The position numbers and the translations under genes were made by a program. DNA of 64,000 nucleotides from a virus. Its lineage: Duplodnaviria > Caudoviricetes. Positions within the stretch are counted from its first letter, which is position 1; the number at the start of each line of letters is the position of its first letter. The notes beneath the pieces are model-generated. The model made no database searches. It was not told where the DNA came from and saw nothing but the letters and a program-made list of their open reading frames with translations. Below are positions 1-11,133 of the stretch, piece by piece. The stretch lies in the IMG/VR virus record IMGVR_UViG_3300023283_000076, positions 160,001 through 224,000 of that record; one strand, 5' to 3'.

Positions 1-509
1 TCTTGTATACAATTAGACAGTTGATCAATAGTTTTACCATCACTGCCCTTCCATCTTCTTGCCTGTACGCCATAAATTCTTCCAAGGTCATCTAATCCTT
101 TCCTATTTGGGTTGTTTAACCATTGTTCATTTTCATTTGCATTCGCATCCCATATACTACAGCCCTCTTTTCTAAAATCTTCCGCGTTATCATATCCCTT
201 TAGGAATCCTAAAAGCTCTGCAATTATGGGTTTTATGTTCATTTTTTTAGTAGTTAATATTGGAAATGCGTTTGTTCCTCTAAGATTGAATTTCATCATG
301 TCCCCAATGTACACTAAACAATTTTTTCCGGTTCTTTTATTTTCGATCCATTGACCACAATTTATGATTTTTTTCCCTACGTTGATATATGTGTTGTCAA
401 ATTTTTTTTGACATTTTTCTATTGGTGCTGGTGTTCCGTCCTTATTAATGCACTCTCTTCCGACTAAATAATAATCCATTTGAGTTGGGCATTTATTGTT
501 TTTATCCAT
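1..509 (-). CDS. thyA: Thymidylate synthase, N-terminal part (runs off the window start; absent from the supplied ORF track)
   Basis: Manual translation from ATG at 509: ...FPILTTKKMNIKPIIAELLGFLKGYDNAEDFRKEGCSIWDANANENEQWLNNPNRKGLDDLGRIYGVQARRW..., classic ThyA motifs; AAGGA RBS upstream. Confidence 0.93.
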   Translation of the reverse strand, partial: MDKNNKCPTQMDYYLVGRECINKDGTPAPIEKCQKKFDNTYINVGKKIINCGQWIENKRTGKNCLVYIGDMMKFNLRGTNAFPILTTKKMNIKPIIAELLGFLKGYDNAEDFRKEGCSIWDANANENEQWLNNPNRKGLDDLGRIYGVQARRWKGSDGKTIDQLSNCIQ

Positions 510-578
510 AATTTTTTCCTTTTTGAAAATATATATCATTATTATACATCCATTTGAAGAACAACACAAGTGGAATAA

Positions 579-586
579 TATAAATA
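579..586 (+). promoter_or_regulatory. T4-type late promoter TATAAATA
   Basis: Exact TATAAATA 26 nt upstream of the 612 start codon. Confidence 0.75.
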
Positions 587-611
587 TCATGTATAAAAAA
601 CAACATGACTC

Positions 612-3600
612 ATGAAAGAAAGTTTAAATATAAGTTTTAACACTAATGTTCTAGTAACAGAGCATGATCCAGATAATCTCAACGGCCCGGGAAATGTTCT
701 TTTAAACAAATCAAATGCGGTACATTCTCAGAATATGGCACGGGCCATTGCGCGAGCTTTAGCAAGAGAACCCAATTCATTTGTGCATCGAATAGCTTTT
801 GGTAATGGAGGAAGCTTTACTGACGCTGGAGAAACCACCATAATCAATCCCCCTAATGATGGGACTAGGGGGGATGGATGGGAGTCACGTTTATACAATG
901 AAACATATTCCGAAATTGTAGATGAGAGTAACGTCTTAGTTGGAACGGACCCGGGTTCATCTGGACCTAACTCGAATAGAATAGGCGGTGGGGCATCTCC
1001 TACTGATGATCCGGAGGGAACTGGTGTAGTATCATTAGAAGTTGGAAGAAAATCTAACATTATCGCCACAATGTTTATTAATCAAAACGAACCAATAAGC
1101 CAACTGGAACAATCAACGATAGATCAAGAAATTACTGCTGAACAAAAAGCGTTTGAGTTTGATGAATTAGGGTTTTATACAACAGGCCAACCCGCGTTGC
1201 CCACTCCTGCTACATCGTTAATAAATGTTGGAAATAAAACATCTGAAGATATTATTCCGTCTTCAATGCTAGGCAGTCAACTTATATTAAACTATGAAAT
1301 AAATGGAGAAGAGAAACAAACAGTTTTTATTGTTCCTAGTATAGGATCAGGCCCGGGGGGTGAAGTTACGTTCGGTGATCTAGCTGAGGGAATAAACACT
1401 GGAAGCTGGTTTTCAAGTAATCCCGGAGATGATAGTACCACATTAATTAAAGTAACCATAACAGATAGAACACCGGGGGCAGTATATCCCTCCATCGCGG
1501 GATCTGAAACTTTCGGATTTTTGGTGTTTGAAAATCTTGTTGCCGGGGAAGGTAACACGTTAAAGCTTAATTGTTCGGCAATTGGTTCTGATATGTTATT
1601 TGCCTTAACTGGAAATTGCACAAAAGTTGATACCTCTACTAATAATGGTATTGATAGTGGAGTTGCTAATGATGCTGCAAATCCAGTAAATGAACGAGAA
1701 AGACTATTAACTCATTTAACATTTTCGCCTATTTTAAAAAAAGAAAATAGAGTTATAAAAATTGTGTACACGTTAACAATTTCAGTATCCCAAACGGGGG
1801 ACTGTGTTCCTAATATTGAAAATGTACCACCACCGCCATCCCCTAGCCCAACACCGTCCGTATCTGAAAGTGCTACGCCTACACCGACGCCGAGCCCCAC
1901 CCAGAGTATGGGAATTACACCTACTCCTACACAGAGTATTGGAATTACGCCTACACCATCAATATCTGATAGTGCAACACCTACACCGACACCTACACCA
2001 AGTCCTAGTGTTGCAGAACCAATGGTATTAACTATGGATACCACCCTAAATCCCAGTGGTACTGATGTAACATTGCCGATGAAAGGACCGGGAGATGTTA
2101 CTGTTGACTGGGGTGACGGAACCATGGATAGTTTTAATAATTCTACCGTAGACAGCTTTTTACAGTTCGCTCCGCATACTTATTCAACTGATGGTGTGTA
2201 CACTATTATAATTAGTGGAACATTAAATAAATTTGGAGACCTCAATATATTTATGGGAGGAGTTGTAGCGGTTAGTTCTTTTGGTGAATTAGGTACTACA
2301 AGTTTAGGAGGGGCATTAAATAATGCGACAAATTTAAATACTTTACCTGATAATATTCCATCTACTGTTACTGATGTGTCAAACATGTTCTTCAATGCTT
2401 CCAGTTTCAATATTGATATAAACTCATGGGATGTCAGTAATGTTACTAATATGGAAAATATGTTCGAAAACGCAGAATCATTTAATCAACCTCTAAACAA
2501 TTGGAATGTTTCAAATGTTACTAGTATGCACGACATGTTTGATGACGCATCCGCTTTTAATCAAGATATAAGTACATGGGATACTTCTTCAGTTACAACT
2601 ATGGAAGGAATGTTCCAGTCTGCGCAATCGTTTAATCAGCCTTTAGACAGTTGGAATGTTGCGTCTGTTAATAATATGAGTACTATGTTTCAAAATGCAA
2701 ATTCTTTTAATCAGGATCTTCCAAATTGGGATGTATCAAATGTTACTGACATGACATGGATGTTTAATGGCGCGAATATGTTTAATGGCGATATAACAAC
2801 ATGGGATACCTCATCAGTTACTGATATGGGTACTATGTTCCAAAATACTCAAGCATTCAACCAAGACATTTCAGGGTGGGATGTTTCTAATGTAACTGAT
2901 ATGTCATATATGTTCTTCAATGCTACTGCATTCAATCAAAACTTAAGTAATTGGAATACTATAAGTGTAACCCTTATGAATGACATGTTTTCTGGTGCTA
3001 GTATTTTTAATGGAGATATTTCAGGATGGGATGTTTCTAATGTAACTGATATGTCATATATGTTCTTCAATGCTACTGCATTCAATCAAAACTTAAGTAA
3101 TTGGAATACTATAAGTGCAACCCTTATGAATGACATGTTTTCTGGTGCTAGTATTTTTAATGGAGATATTTCAACATGGGATGTTTCTAATGTAACTGAT
3201 ATGTCGTTTATGTTTTCGGGTGCGCTTGCATTTAATCAAAACTTAAATAATTGGAATACTATAAATGTTACTAACATGCGATGGATGTTTGAAAACACGC
3301 CTGTATTTAATGGCGATATAACAACATGGGATACCTCATCTGTTACTGATATGGGTACTATGTTTCAAAACGCTCAAGCATTCAACCAAGACATTTCAGG
3401 GTGGGATGTATCAAATGTTACGGACATGGCATTCATGTTCTTTGGTTCTTCTTTTAATCAAGATATAAGTACATGGGTACCTTCTTCCGTTACTACCATG
3501 CAATCTATGTTTGCAAGCTCTTCTTTTGATCAGAATATCAATTCATGGAATGTTTCAAGTGTTCAAAACATAAGATTCATGTTTGGCGACTCTTCATTTA

Positions 3601-6170
3601 ACCAACCATTAAATAACTGGGATGTATCAAATGTTACTAACATGAATGGTGTTTTTCAAGATAATTCAACATTTAACCAACCATTGAATAATTGGGTCAC
3701 TTCTAGTGTCACAGACATGTCATTTATGTTCCTAAACGCAACTACATTTGATCAAGATATTTCAGGGTGGAATGTACTTAATGTTACTACTATGGAAGAA
3801 ATGTTTAAAAATGCAGCATCATTTAACCAAGAATTGAACAATTGGAATGTTTCTGGTGTATCGGTCATGCAGTCTATGTTCCAAGGTGCGGTATTATTTA
3901 ATCGACCATTGGGTAATTGGGATGTCTCTAATGTAACTGATATGAGTTTTATGTTTGATGGCGCATCCGCTTTTAATCAAGATATAAATTCATGGGTAAC
4001 TTCTTCAGTTACAACAATGAGAACGATGTTTCAGAATGCTGATGCATTTAATCAAGATCTTTCAAATTGGAATGTATCGAATGTCACAGACATGGCGTTC
4101 ATGTTCTTTGGAGCAGATATCTTTGATGGTGACATAACAACATGGACTACTTCATTGGTTACTACAATGGAAAGCATGTTCCAAAATGCAACATCGTTTA
4201 ATCAGAATTTATCAGGGTGGGATGTTTCAAATGTCACCAACATGCAAGAAATGTTTGAAGATTGTACTAATTTCAATGGAGATGTTAGCACTTGGGACGT
4301 ATCATCTGTTACCACCATGGAAAGAATGTTCGAAAACACTGAATCGTTTAATCAAGATTTAAGTTCATGGACACCAATATCTGTTACTACTATGGAAAGA
4401 ATGTTTGATAATGCAAGTGCATTTAATGGTAATGTTACGACATGGGATACATCATCTGTCACTAATATGAGAACTATGTTTCAAGATACTTTATTATTTA
4501 ACCAAGATATTTCAGGGTGGGATGTATCGAATGTTACTGACATGTCATTCATGTTCTTTAATTCTTCTTTCAATCAAGATATAAGTACATGGATACCCTC
4601 TTCCGTTACTGCCATGCAATCTATGTTTGGAAACTCCTCTTTTGATCAAAATATTGATTCGTGGGATGTTTCAAGTGTGCAAAACATAAGATTTATGTTT
4701 GGAAATTCTTCATTTAATCAACCATTAAATTCATGGGACACATCTTCTGTTGTTGACATGGGTGCTGTTTTTGAGAATAATTCAACATTTAACCAACCAT
4801 TGAATAATTGGGTCACTTCTAGTGTCACAGACATGTCATTTATGTTTAATGGGGCAAGTGCCTTTGATGGTGATGTTACTACATGGGATACGTCATCTGT
4901 CACTAATATGAGAGTCATGTTTCAAAATGCTGGAGCGTTTAATCAGGATATCTCGAATTGGAATGTAGAAAATGTTACTGACATGGAATTTATGTTTTGG
5001 AGTGCTTCAGTATTTAATCAAGATTTGAGTGGATGGTGTGTTACTAATATAACTTCAGAGCCTAATGGTTTTAGTGATAATACACCGTTAACAGCCGCTA
5101 ATAAGCCAAATTGGGGTACATGCCCAACACCTACGCCTACGCCGACTCCATCAGTATCTGAAAGTGCTACACCTACACCTACGCCGTCAGTATCTGATAG
5201 TACTACACCCACGCCTACACCTACACCGACTCCGTCGGAGCCGACAGAGCCAGCATCTCTTACTGTGTTCAGTGGGGCGCGAGATAACACTGTACGCAAG
5301 ATCGATCCGTCAACCATGACTCAAGTGGGGTCCAGTTTTACGGGGCATAGCAGTTGGGTGTTTGCATTAGCCTTTGGCACTGACGGGAATTTGTACAGTG
5401 GGTCGATAGACGACACTGTTCGCAAGATTGACCCGTCAACCATGACCCAACTGGGTTCCAGTTTTACGGCACCGGATATTGTGAATGCATTAGCCTTTGG
5501 TACCGACGGATACTTATATAGCGGGTTGAGTGATCAGACTGTTCGCAAGATTGACCCGTCAACCATGACTCAAGTGGGGTCCAGCTTTACAGGGCATACG
5601 GCTCTAGTGAACGCATTAGCCTTTGGTACAGATGGATACTTATATAGTGCATCTAATGACTTGACAGTTCGCAAAATTGATCCTTCGACCATGACGCAAG
5701 TCGGATCAAGCTTTGCGGATCACACTGTTTCAGTAAATGCATTAGCTTTTGGTACGGATGGATACTTATATAGTGGAGGCTGGGACGACACCGTTCGCAA
5801 GATTGATCCTTCGACCATGACTCAAGTAGGATCAAGCTTTACAGGACATACGGATAATTTGATCGTATTAGCTTTTGGTACCGATGGGAACTTATACAGT
5901 GGTTCGCATGATAGCACTGTGCGTAAGATTGACCCGTCAACCATGACTCAAGTAGGATCAAATTTTGTAGCCCCAGATCGTGTGCTTTCATTGGCATTTG
6001 GTACTGATGAGAATTTATATGTTGGCACGCAAGACGACACCGTCCACAAGGTTACCCCATCAGATATGACTCAGGTGGGATCCACTTTTGTAGCACATAC
6101 TGCTCGCGTACAGGCGTTAGCTGTAGATAAGAACATCACTGAAATGATTTTAGAGGCTACGCCGCCATAA
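612..6170 (+). CDS. Mosaic virion/tail-fibre-like protein: phage N-terminal domain, PT linker, about 35 DUF285/BspA-type repeats, PT linker, 7-blade WD40-like propeller
   Basis: Repeats of FNQDISxWDVSNVTDMxxMF; [10 protein letters not shown] linkers; seven copies of LYSGxxDxTVRKIDPSTMTQVGSSFTGH..VxALAFGTDG; late promoter. Confidence 0.8.
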   Translation: MKESLNISFNTNVLVTEHDPDNLNGPGNVLLNKSNAVHSQNMARAIARALAREPNSFVHRIAFGNGGSFTDAGETTIINPPNDGTRGDGWESRLYNETYSEIVDESNVLVGTDPGSSGPNSNRIGGGASPTDDPEGTGVVSLEVGRKSNIIATMFINQNEPISQLEQSTIDQEITAEQKAFEFDELGFYTTGQPALPTPATSLINVGNKTSEDIIPSSMLGSQLILNYEINGEEKQTVFIVPSIGSGPGGEVTFGDLAEGINTGSWFSSNPGDDSTTLIKVTITDRTPGAVYPSIAGSETFGFLVFENLVAGEGNTLKLNCSAIGSDMLFALTGNCTKVDTSTNNGIDSGVANDAANPVNERERLLTHLTFSPILKKENRVIKIVYTLTISVSQTGDCVPNIENVPPPPSPSPTPSVSESATPTPTPSPTQSMGITPTPTQSIGITPTPSISDSATPTPTPTPSPSVAEPMVLTMDTTLNPSGTDVTLPMKGPGDVTVDWGDGTMDSFNNSTVDSFLQFAPHTYSTDGVYTIIISGTLNKFGDLNIFMGGVVAVSSFGELGTTSLGGALNNATNLNTLPDNIPSTVTDVSNMFFNASSFNIDINSWDVSNVTNMENMFENAESFNQPLNNWNVSNVTSMHDMFDDASAFNQDISTWDTSSVTTMEGMFQSAQSFNQPLDSWNVASVNNMSTMFQNANSFNQDLPNWDVSNVTDMTWMFNGANMFNGDITTWDTSSVTDMGTMFQNTQAFNQDISGWDVSNVTDMSYMFFNATAFNQNLSNWNTISVTLMNDMFSGASIFNGDISGWDVSNVTDMSYMFFNATAFNQNLSNWNTISATLMNDMFSGASIFNGDISTWDVSNVTDMSFMFSGALAFNQNLNNWNTINVTNMRWMFENTPVFNGDITTWDTSSVTDMGTMFQNAQAFNQDISGWDVSNVTDMAFMFFGSSFNQDISTWVPSSVTTMQSMFASSSFDQNINSWNVSSVQNIRFMFGDSSFNQPLNNWDVSNVTNMNGVFQDNSTFNQPLNNWVTSSVTDMSFMFLNATTFDQDISGWNVLNVTTMEEMFKNAASFNQELNNWNVSGVSVMQSMFQGAVLFNRPLGNWDVSNVTDMSFMFDGASAFNQDINSWVTSSVTTMRTMFQNADAFNQDLSNWNVSNVTDMAFMFFGADIFDGDITTWTTSLVTTMESMFQNATSFNQNLSGWDVSNVTNMQEMFEDCTNFNGDVSTWDVSSVTTMERMFENTESFNQDLSSWTPISVTTMERMFDNASAFNGNVTTWDTSSVTNMRTMFQDTLLFNQDISGWDVSNVTDMSFMFFNSSFNQDISTWIPSSVTAMQSMFGNSSFDQNIDSWDVSSVQNIRFMFGNSSFNQPLNSWDTSSVVDMGAVFENNSTFNQPLNNWVTSSVTDMSFMFNGASAFDGDVTTWDTSSVTNMRVMFQNAGAFNQDISNWNVENVTDMEFMFWSASVFNQDLSGWCVTNITSEPNGFSDNTPLTAANKPNWGTCPTPTPTPTPSVSESATPTPTPSVSDSTTPTPTPTPTPSEPTEPASLTVFSGARDNTVRKIDPSTMTQVGSSFTGHSSWVFALAFGTDGNLYSGSIDDTVRKIDPSTMTQLGSSFTAPDIVNALAFGTDGYLYSGLSDQTVRKIDPSTMTQVGSSFTGHTALVNALAFGTDGYLYSASNDLTVRKIDPSTMTQVGSSFADHTVSVNALAFGTDGYLYSGGWDDTVRKIDPSTMTQVGSSFTGHTDNLIVLAFGTDGNLYSGSHDSTVRKIDPSTMTQVGSNFVAPDRVLSLAFGTDENLYVGTQDDTVHKVTPSDMTQVGSTFVAHTARVQALAVDKNITEMILEATPP
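1827..2010 (+). repeat. Pro/Thr/Ser mucin-like coding repeat ([10 protein letters not shown])
   Basis: Visible in translation; boundaries approximate. Confidence 0.85.
2330..5075 (+). repeat. DUF285/BspA-like ~25-aa tandem repeat array
   Basis: Periodic W-D/N-V/T-S-x-V-T-x-M-x-x-M-F...F-N-Q motif; 150-bp period visible in the DNA at 2880/3030/3180; boundaries approximate. Confidence 0.9.
5260..6130 (+). repeat. WD40-like seven-bladed beta-propeller repeats
   Basis: Seven ~42-aa near-identical units; higher GC than flanks; boundaries approximate. Confidence 0.85.
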
Positions 6171-6203
6171 AGTATGCTTGTAAAACAAATTAGGCACATG
6201 TTC

Positions 6204-7832
6204 TTAAGTTGAATATGTGTTTTCTACTCTTTCACCTTTACTATAATGTGATATTCTATGATGTGTGATCGGTGATGCTAATAGACATCCAACTTTAAGT
6301 TTATCCTCTCGTATTGCAATTTGAGCTTCGGCCATCAAAGAGCTTTCTGCCATTCTTTTGTGTTTGTAGCAATATTTAATAAATTTAGCATTCCCATTTT
6401 TGCTAAAGAGTATAGGCCAATTACAATAAAAGTACTCTCCTATATTATATGCTAGACCTCGATAACAATTACTATAAAATATTTTAGTTCTTATTTCTGG
6501 AACCTCTTTATTTTTAAGAAATTTTTCTTTCCTATTGGGATCTAAATTATACCATGCCCAGTTAGTATGATTATTCCCAAAGAATTCTGAAAATGACAGT
6601 TTTAAATAATCTAATTCATTTTCTTCTAGTATAGAGATTGCTTTATCGAATAAATCCTCGTCATATTTTTTAAAACCAGCATCACATATTTTCCCCTTTT
6701 CTTGTTGTTTATTAATCAACATATCGTCTTCAAAAAAAACCATATAAGAATGTGTTGATTTGGCAAAATGCTCAGCAGCATATTGTCTTCCCCCGGTAAT
6801 TCCTATATTGTTGAATTTATATTCTGTTAAATCGTATTCTTTTGTTATTTTGTCATATTCATTTTGAAGTTCTTTTTTAGTTGAATTATTTAATAAGTAT
6901 TTCGGAGATTTCTTAAAATCTTCGGGGAAAGTTTCTTTAAATCTAGATAAACATTCTATCAACTGTTTGGGTGCATTAAAAGTCAAAAAATACAATGCCA
7001 ACTTATCGTCGCTTTCTTGTTTTCGATTTTTCACTTTTTCAAAATATGAATTAATTAGTCCATTGGGCTCTATCATTTGAATATTAAATAAATGTTTATT
7101 AGTATAACTTATGATAGTGAATACAGACTCCTCAGTTCCCATATAACCCTGTTTTAATGTTTCGTTGAGTGTTCGGTAATATACATCATTAACCTTGTTT
7201 ATAGCTTCTTTGGTGCCCCCGAAGAAGCCACCTCTACATACATATTTGGTGTCTGTTCCAGCAAACCGGTTCATTCCTTCTTTTTTAAATCCATGAACTT
7301 CATTTTGTCCATCATATGGGAATGCTAGATACAACATTTTGTTCTTTTTAACATCTTCTATAAGTTTTTTGTCAAATTGATTAACACTAAAATATGATTG
7401 TATATTGACGGTATTACTTATTCCAGCGTCTATCCAAAAGAAATATCTGGAATCGAAGAAATTATTTAATGAGCTATCATTAAGTTTAAATTGCTTGGAC
7501 ATTACTAGTGGATTATAATATTCCAATTTTGCTTGGGGACTTTGTTCTAGCCACCCTGCTTGTGAATACCATTCTTTATTATTTCTTATTTTATCTGTTA
7601 AACCTTTAAATGGAAAATCAATATTTCGTAACATTACTTTTGTATTTTCCGGGCTTCGGTGTTTCCATACAAAATCTGAAACTTCTTTATCGCAATAAAC
7701 CACTAAATTAATATCCTGATCCAACAATTTTTTAAACGCTTCGAGGTACTGATTCATAGACCGTTTAAAATTATCTTTTAGATTATCTCGGTTCAAATTA
7801 TATAATGCAGTAACAAAAGTTATATCATTCAT
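6204..7832 (-). CDS. Two-domain glycosyltransferase-like protein (HtrL/WlaTC-like N-terminus plus GT-A-like C-terminus)
   Basis: ITFVTALY, YNPLVMSK, FFWIDAG, VCRGGFFGG, GTEES motifs; C-terminal NIGITGGRQ...MVFFEDDM. Confidence 0.75.
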   Translation of the reverse strand: MNDITFVTALYNLNRDNLKDNFKRSMNQYLEAFKKLLDQDINLVVYCDKEVSDFVWKHRSPENTKVMLRNIDFPFKGLTDKIRNNKEWYSQAGWLEQSPQAKLEYYNPLVMSKQFKLNDSSLNNFFDSRYFFWIDAGISNTVNIQSYFSVNQFDKKLIEDVKKNKMLYLAFPYDGQNEVHGFKKEGMNRFAGTDTKYVCRGGFFGGTKEAINKVNDVYYRTLNETLKQGYMGTEESVFTIISYTNKHLFNIQMIEPNGLINSYFEKVKNRKQESDDKLALYFLTFNAPKQLIECLSRFKETFPEDFKKSPKYLLNNSTKKELQNEYDKITKEYDLTEYKFNNIGITGGRQYAAEHFAKSTHSYMVFFEDDMLINKQQEKGKICDAGFKKYDEDLFDKAISILEENELDYLKLSFSEFFGNNHTNWAWYNLDPNRKEKFLKNKEVPEIRTKIFYSNCYRGLAYNIGEYFYCNWPILFSKNGNAKFIKYCYKHKRMAESSLMAEAQIAIREDKLKVGCLLASPITHHRISHYSKGERVENTYST

Positions 7833-8626
7833 ATATCAAGTTCCTTGATGATTTTGTTGTACGGTAAATTGTAATAATTGTAATATATACCTATAACTTC
7901 ACCTTTTACAATGTTTTTAGGATTATTATATCCGGCTTTAGCTAATGAAATTCCCAGTTCGTAACTTTCTCCCCACGATACACAATCACTTTTTTGTAAT
8001 ATATAATTCAATCTTCTTAGTTCACTTGCAAACAACTCTATTTTATTATTTTCGTTTTTTAATATAAAAAAATGTTCACTGGGTAACCCTACGTTATAGG
8101 GGTCTGGAGGATTTTCTTTTTTTCCATACACTCGTTTTTTATGATTATATATTGAGTGTTCTCTATCCCATTCTTGACCTAGTGTATCTCCCATTCTTGC
8201 ACCAACCATATCGTATTCGCCTTTTATAAGTGTTTCATATATGAAATTTTCGTTTTCGTCTGTTAGTTCTAATGCACAATCGCAATCTATAAAAAAGACG
8301 ATATCATACTGTTCTATGTTGGGGATATTTTCAAAACATAGAAATTTTAAAGTACAATTGAATTTTTTAGGGCCATTGATTGCTCTTAAACGTTCTTCAT
8401 GTTCTGGGATATCAGTGAAAATCTTTAAATCTTTTGTGATATTATTACGCGATTTTACTCTATTAGATCGTATAATATCTTCTGGTTTGTTAGTCGATAC
8501 TAGTATATCGTGATTTGTTGTTGATAATAGAGAGGTTATTAATTGATTGCAATATTTTATATACCGTTTGTCATTTGTTTGATCGATACATAATAAAGTG
8601 AATAATATTTTATACCTTTTAGTCAT
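7829..8626 (-). CDS. Putative GT-A glycosyltransferase
   Basis: YDIVFFIDCD (DxD), upstream K-F motif, position in the GT cluster, ATGA overlap with the next gene. Confidence 0.5.
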   Translation of the reverse strand: MTKRYKILFTLLCIDQTNDKRYIKYCNQLITSLLSTTNHDILVSTNKPEDIIRSNRVKSRNNITKDLKIFTDIPEHEERLRAINGPKKFNCTLKFLCFENIPNIEQYDIVFFIDCDCALELTDENENFIYETLIKGEYDMVGARMGDTLGQEWDREHSIYNHKKRVYGKKENPPDPYNVGLPSEHFFILKNENNKIELFASELRRLNYILQKSDCVSWGESYELGISLAKAGYNNPKNIVKGEVIGIYYNYYNLPYNKIIKELDI

Positions 8627-8641
8627 ATTTTATCTAATGAT

Positions 8642-9448
8642 TTATGTTTGTATTATAAAATACCGGTCGTCTTCCATGAATTTTGTATCATTTAATGGAC
8701 AGGTATTTAGTATAGTTTCAATAACATTATTTATTAAGTTTTTATCAGGTTTCCAGTATGAATTTTGTTTTTCCGCTTGTTCTAATTTGCCGTAAAACAT
8801 GGGAGACTCTGGTGAATCATGTTTCCAAACACTATAATAATCGGCAAATTTTATACCATCTCCTACTAAACTGTCATCATAATGCAATGGTATTGCAGGT
8901 ATTTCATATGCATGGGCTACAATGAGGCCGTGAAGTGTAGTAGAAATAATTTTTTTACATGATACAACCTCATCAATATATTTTTCAAATTTTAACCCAT
9001 GTGAGGTGCTTGGGTCAATAATTTTATATTCTAGATTTTTTTCTTTTATTTCGTTAGCAATTTTTGTGAAATGAATTTGGTGTGGTATTATGCCAATATC
9101 ATATTGTTTGGCGGTAGAATTTGGAACATAAAAATGTGGTAGGGCAATTGCTGGGTCCCCCCATGGTAAGTCTGAATAATTTGTATTTTGTTCAGTATAT
9201 TTTCCTCGTACTAAATCATATATTGCTCGGGGTTCGAGTTTTGTATTTTTTTCTATAATACCGCTTCCCCAAACCCTAGTATTTGGTTTAGCGCCAATTC
9301 CTGCAATTGACCCAGTAGAAATTATTTTAAACTCTTCATGATGATGGGCCCATACATAAGGTATTTTCCATTTATTTAACATGTACGGAAATACACAATC
9401 TCCAAAATTTGAAGCATTTACAAAATTAGCTTTAAGTATTCTTTTCAC
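8642..9448 (-). CDS. Polysaccharide pyruvyltransferase (ExoV-like)
   Basis: NFGD, STGSI, VWGSG, VRG, GDPA, IGIIPH, IISTTLHGLIVAHAYEIPA, GDGIKFADYY. Confidence 0.88.
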   Translation of the reverse strand: MKRILKANFVNASNFGDCVFPYMLNKWKIPYVWAHHHEEFKIISTGSIAGIGAKPNTRVWGSGIIEKNTKLEPRAIYDLVRGKYTEQNTNYSDLPWGDPAIALPHFYVPNSTAKQYDIGIIPHQIHFTKIANEIKEKNLEYKIIDPSTSHGLKFEKYIDEVVSCKKIISTTLHGLIVAHAYEIPAIPLHYDDSLVGDGIKFADYYSVWKHDSPESPMFYGKLEQAEKQNSYWKPDKNLINNVIETILNTCPLNDTKFMEDDRYFIIQT

Positions 9449-9474
9449 TTTTTATATATTAGCCTATAGACGTA

Positions 9475-11127
9475 TTATTTATGTTTATATTCATATACTT
9501 TATTTCCACAATCCCATATTCGCAAAAATCTATTGGCTAACATATTCTCATACTCTGAAAGACTAGGATCAAATTCCTCCAAGAGACCCTCAAGCTTATG
9601 TTTTTGATACTTATTTCGAGATTCTAGAATGCGTTCTTTGGGTTTAAAGTATTTATAATTTGGTGCGGATTGGCCAATTAATCTAAATCCATTCTTTTCA
9701 TATATACTACCATCAAAAAATGCAATATCACAGTAAGATATCACACTATTAAAAGAATTGTTTTCTTTAAAGTGCGTCATTAATTTAGGAAATGCTCCGT
9801 TAACTATGGTTCCTTTTCTGTTGGCAAATCGACATAACTCGAAATCGTGATTTTTAGAAAATCTCGGCTTAGAAAATGTCATTACTGATACTAATTCGTT
9901 ATTGTGTAGCAACCCGTACCGTATTTTTCCTTGGAATGTATTACCTTGTAAATGATTTAAATCTAAAAAATTTTTACTTTCGGTAGGAGTAAGTTCTACT
10001 ACTTTACATTTCCTTGCTGCCACAGTTTCTCTGGCTTTTCCAAGCCTAATGGATATCAAACTTTTAATTATATCATGTTTAAATTCCCAATCATATTCTG
10101 ATATATGAATTAGAGAATAGCCTTTTTCATTAACTGCTTTAGTTTTTTTAAGATGATAGTTCTTATGTTTATACAAATCACAGTGCCAGAATAGTCCATT
10201 ACACTCTATAGCAAGCTTTTTACTAGGAATCACTATATCTAATTCCATCGGAGCTATTAACCTTCTATCCGATTTAATTGTGTTAAGCCCAAGTTCATCG
10301 ACAAAATCAGCAATTTCAATTTCAAAATCGCTCGATTTCGACAACAAAGTTTTTAATTTTTGAATATTAGATAATAGTCGGGTTTCAATGTAACCGTCTT
10401 TGGTTTTTATGGTTATGGGTTTGTGGACCCCTTCATACTCTTCTTCTTTGCTTAATAGTTCTCCTCCCTTGGACTCTACCAATTCTTTTACCACGGAATA
10501 TGACAGACGCTGATTTTCACGTCTTTTTTGTAAACAATATTCTTTTGAATATAACTTTTGTTGCTTGCGTATATATGAAATCTTTTTTTTCTCTCTTACG
10601 CCGTCAATCGTCTCTACTAAAAGAGGAGCATCCCATCCATTATATTCTGTTGACAGTAATTTACCGCCACGCATTTCAACTTCTTTTTTTATTTCGTTTA
10701 AGGTGGGTTTACTACCTCTAAGAGAAAGGGATTCACTTTGTGGCGATAGTTTTCCTAGTTTTCTTATACTATTTCTTATACTAGTCCACGTTCTTTCATT
10801 AATTTCACCGTTTGGAAATTGTATTTTGATTGGAGTGATATCGTTTACGTATGTTTTACTAACAAGTTTAACGTTATAATCTTGTAATTTTTTCTTTATT
10901 TTTTTCAGAGATTTTTCTCTCTTTGAATCTGAAAGACTTTTTATCTGTTCTGGTTTGGGTTTTAATGTTTTTGTTTTTCGTATATTCACCAGTTTTCTGG
11001 TTTCAATATTATCTCCTATTTTTATCAACAAGTCTTGATGGACTCCATTATATTCAGTTGACAAAAGTTCCCCACCTTTCGATTTTATTATTTCATCTAC
11101 TTCACCAATTGTCAACTTTTGGGGCAT
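9475..11127 (-). mobile_element. Free-standing Hef-like homing endonuclease (4 N-terminal repeats, PD-(D/E)xK/DUF559-like domain, C-terminal domain)
   Basis: Repeats of KGGELLSTEY; ELDIVIPSKKLAIECNGLFWH; LVSVMTF...ELCRFA...LRIWDCG. Confidence 0.8.
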
Positions 11128-11133
11128 AATTAA

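Noticed and set aside
112-354. 80-aa + strand ORF
   Set aside because: Antisense to thyA.
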